A DNA stretch of 64,000 nt from Thermoplasmata archaeon UBA61 (lineage in GTDB: Archaea; Thermoplasmatota; Thermoplasmata; Lutacidiplasmatales; UBA184), in assembly GCA_002503985.1 (NCBI GenBank), contig DASW01000001.1, positions 10,508 through 74,507 of the forward strand, given 5' to 3'. The notes beneath the pieces are model-generated. The model had not been told where the DNA came from. It was given only the letters and a program-made list of their open reading frames with translations, and made no database searches. Numbering within the stretch: the first letter of the stretch is position 1; each line of letters begins with the position of its first letter. A program made the translations under genes and the position numbers. Shown here piece after piece: positions 61,736 through 64,000 of the stretch.

Positions 61736-62692
61736 CTATGCGACCCGTGTCCGGTCGTGGTCGGCGGCGAGCATCCCGTGCTGGCTCAAGGGGGTCGAGG
61801 CGGCGTTGTGCTTGAAGACCCTCCACCGCCCGAAGCCCTGCTTGCGTAGGCGTGCGAGCAAGGCCGTCAGCGGCGTCTCGCCCGCGGAAAGGCCGGGCGC
61901 GATCCAGTAGTACTCGATCGCGACGTGGTCGAACCGACCGATCGCCGGTTGCCGGGCCAGCTCGTGCTCGGCCCCTTTGCAATCGGCCTTGAGCAGGTGG
62001 ACGCGGTCCCGACCCCCGAGGATGGTCTCAAGGCTCACGGCTTTCACTCGGCGAACGGTGCCGCCGGTTTCGTACATGCTGCTGCCCCCCCGCAGACCCA
62101 CGTGGAACTCGACCTCCCCATCCGCCCCGGCGGCGTAGGGGAACGGGTGGATGTGGGGACGAAGGGTCGGGTTGAGGTCGAGGTTGGCCCGCAGGCCCTC
62201 GAAGTTGGTGGGGTCGGGCTCGTAGGCGAAAACCTCCGCACCCTGCTCGGCGAAATAGAGGGCCGTGTCGCCCACATTGGCCCCGACGTCGATGACGGTC
62301 TTCCCGCGTAGGTCGCCCGCGTAGTGGATGTCGTACAGGTAGGTCTCGGCCAGGATCACCCCGTCCGCCGACGGAAGGTGGAATCGGATCCCCGTCGGGG
62401 TCGTGATGATCCGGTCCCGGGGGTCCAGCCCCCAGGTCAATTGGGTCGGGTCGCCGGTAGGGGCGAACTTCACCCCGTTCGCGCTCAGGAACAGGAGGGT
62501 TCCTGCCTCATCTCGGGTGGCCTTCGGGAACGATGACCCCTGGCGGAAGCGAAGGGTGATGGGTCGCCCTAGGAAGCGAGCCATCCAGTAGGCGGGCCAA
62601 TTCGTTAGGCCGGTCAGGCTCTGGGTACTCTGCCTCGCGAGCCCCTGAAGATGGGCACGGACCGGGTTCGGATGGTCTTCTTCGATGCCCAT
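61736..62692 (-). CDS. FkbM-family methyltransferase
   Basis: VIDVGANVGD, AYEP, KADCKGAE. Confidence 0.88.
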   Translation of the reverse strand: MGIEEDHPNPVRAHLQGLARQSTQSLTGLTNWPAYWMARFLGRPITLRFRQGSSFPKATRDEAGTLLFLSANGVKFAPTGDPTQLTWGLDPRDRIITTPTGIRFHLPSADGVILAETYLYDIHYAGDLRGKTVIDVGANVGDTALYFAEQGAEVFAYEPDPTNFEGLRANLDLNPTLRPHIHPFPYAAGADGEVEFHVGLRGGSSMYETGGTVRRVKAVSLETILGGRDRVHLLKADCKGAEHELARQPAIGRFDHVAIEYYWIAPGLSAGETPLTALLARLRKQGFGRWRVFKHNAASTPLSQHGMLAADHDRTRVA

Positions 62693-63037
62693 GGACGCCC
62701 TACCGGCGGTGGAGCTCGAGAGAACGAGCCCCTCTATTGAGCGTTGTCCCCGAGTGAGCCGGCGACAGGCGGTCACCGGCCCCGACGGCCGGGCGACGGA
62801 ACAGCGTCTCTTGCACGGCCCGCCGGAGTCCATGGTGGGCCTGGACTGAATAGGTCTCTCGGTCCGCCATCGGTCGCGCGCGTTCTTCACGAAGTCGACG
62901 CGGCCACCACCGTCACGTCAGGGTTTCGCGCAACCCATTCCGGCGGCCGGAATACGGTCCGCGTCGATCCGGGTCCGGCCCTAACAGTTCGTCGCGATCC
63001 GGGCGAGCTGGTTTCCGCGGACGCGGAGCGAAGGAGG

Positions 63038-63250
63038 CTACTTTGGGTCCTCGGATGCGGGTTCGGTCCACTCTCGCAGCGTCGTCCTCCGAACCCCAGC
63101 AGCCCGCGCAAGGGCGTTCTTCGTCCCTTCCTTGGCAAGGTGGGGCGCATGGGCGACATCAATCTCGACGTCCTTGCCGATCCCTCCCAATGACTCCCGT
63201 ATCTCGTGTAGGTGCTCTCGGAATCGCGGTCGTTCGATCTCCTCGGTCAT
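63038..63250 (-). CDS. Small hypothetical protein (70 aa)
   Basis: ATG-started ORF with protein-like composition in otherwise empty space. Confidence 0.6.
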   Translation of the reverse strand: MTEEIERPRFREHLHEIRESLGGIGKDVEIDVAHAPHLAKEGTKNALARAAGVRRTTLREWTEPASEDPK

Positions 63251-63483
63251 GGACCCGGTTCAACGAGTTCGAGCTCCCGGTCCAAAAACCTTGAGGTGAA
63301 TAGGAATCGAGGGAACGCGAACCGTGGGCTTCCGAACGGATGCGCATCATCTCACTGTCATTTCGCGCGCTGATCCCAGTCAGGTCATCGAACGCGCGCG
63401 GCCTTCGGGAAGGTCGCGGCGAGCAAGCCACGGGCATGGTCTCCGCCACTTTGAAGCAGGCTCTCCCCGTTCACCTCGCAGTC

Positions 63484-64000
63484 ATGGGGAGCTACTACGA
63501 GGACCGGCTCTTTGGTTCGAAGTTGCAGCAGGTCTACGACCTGGCGTCTCCCAGAATCCGACAGTACCTCGACGCCGAGGCCCGTTACGTCATCGAGAAT
63601 GTCCAGGGTACGAGCAGGGTCCTCGAACTCGGATGCGGGTACGGGCGGGCACTGAAAGAGGTCGCGCCCCATGTGACGAGGATTGTCGGCAACGACATCT
63701 CGCGTGGAAGCCTCAACCTAGCGACATCGTACCTGCGACGCTTTCGAAACTGTGATCTCGTCCGGATGGACGCATCGCGGCTGGCCTTCCGGGACGAGAT
63801 GTTCGATGCCGTGTTCTGCATCCAGAACGGCATCTCGGCGTTTGGGAGGGATCGTCACGAGCTCGTTGCGGAGGCCGTTCGGGTCGCGAAAGAAGGAGGC
63901 GTGGTCCTATTCTCGAGCTACTCTCCCCGGATATGGGCGGACCGCCTCGATTGGTTCCGGGCGCAGTCGGGGGCGGGCCTCCTCGGAGAGATCGACGAGT
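63484..64000 (+). CDS. Class I SAM-dependent methyltransferase, runs off the window end (absent from the ORF track)
   Basis: MGSYYEDRL..VLELGCGYGR..GNDIS..MDASRLAFRDEMFDAV. Confidence 0.88.
   Translation, partial: MGSYYEDRLFGSKLQQVYDLASPRIRQYLDAEARYVIENVQGTSRVLELGCGYGRALKEVAPHVTRIVGNDISRGSLNLATSYLRRFRNCDLVRMDASRLAFRDEMFDAVFCIQNGISAFGRDRHELVAEAVRVAKEGGVVLFSSYSPRIWADRLDWFRAQSGAGLLGEIDE

Overview
GC-rich archaeal chromosome segment, inferred to be a Thermoplasmata-like euryarchaeote from rpl10e/rpl18e/rpo10, PAN, MCM, NMD3, VAT/CDC48, SepF, pantoate kinase and the absence of bacterial informational genes. About 1-18.7 kb is a surface-glycosylation island anchored at tRNA-Thr(GGT). Its first 6.5 kb (gmd, GT4, rmlBCDA) sits between two copies of a 336-bp block made of a crotonase 3' end plus a complete tRNA-Thr, and no integrase is visible. 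Next come hypFCDE, ilvE and a 2-oxoacid:ferredoxin oxidoreductase operon with a gamma-delta fusion, then an initiator tRNA-Met with a 28-nt intron in the D-loop. Core genes follow (scpB-like, rpl10e, pantoate kinase, PAN, SelB-like, clpB, pyrD, pyrK, pyrG, aspS, MCM, NMD3, SepF, pepA, HerA-like, r-proteins, rpoN, a large surface glycoprotein, cdc48). A solo TnpB preceded by a coupled Cys/His-rich mini-ORF lies between pyrK and pyrG. Best leads: the integrase-free tRNA-duplicating glycan cassette, the D-loop intron in tRNA-iMet, the possibly split TnpB, an unexplained cloverleaf RNA after rpoN, and a probable CTG start for aspS. All calls come from reading motifs by eye; no searches were run.
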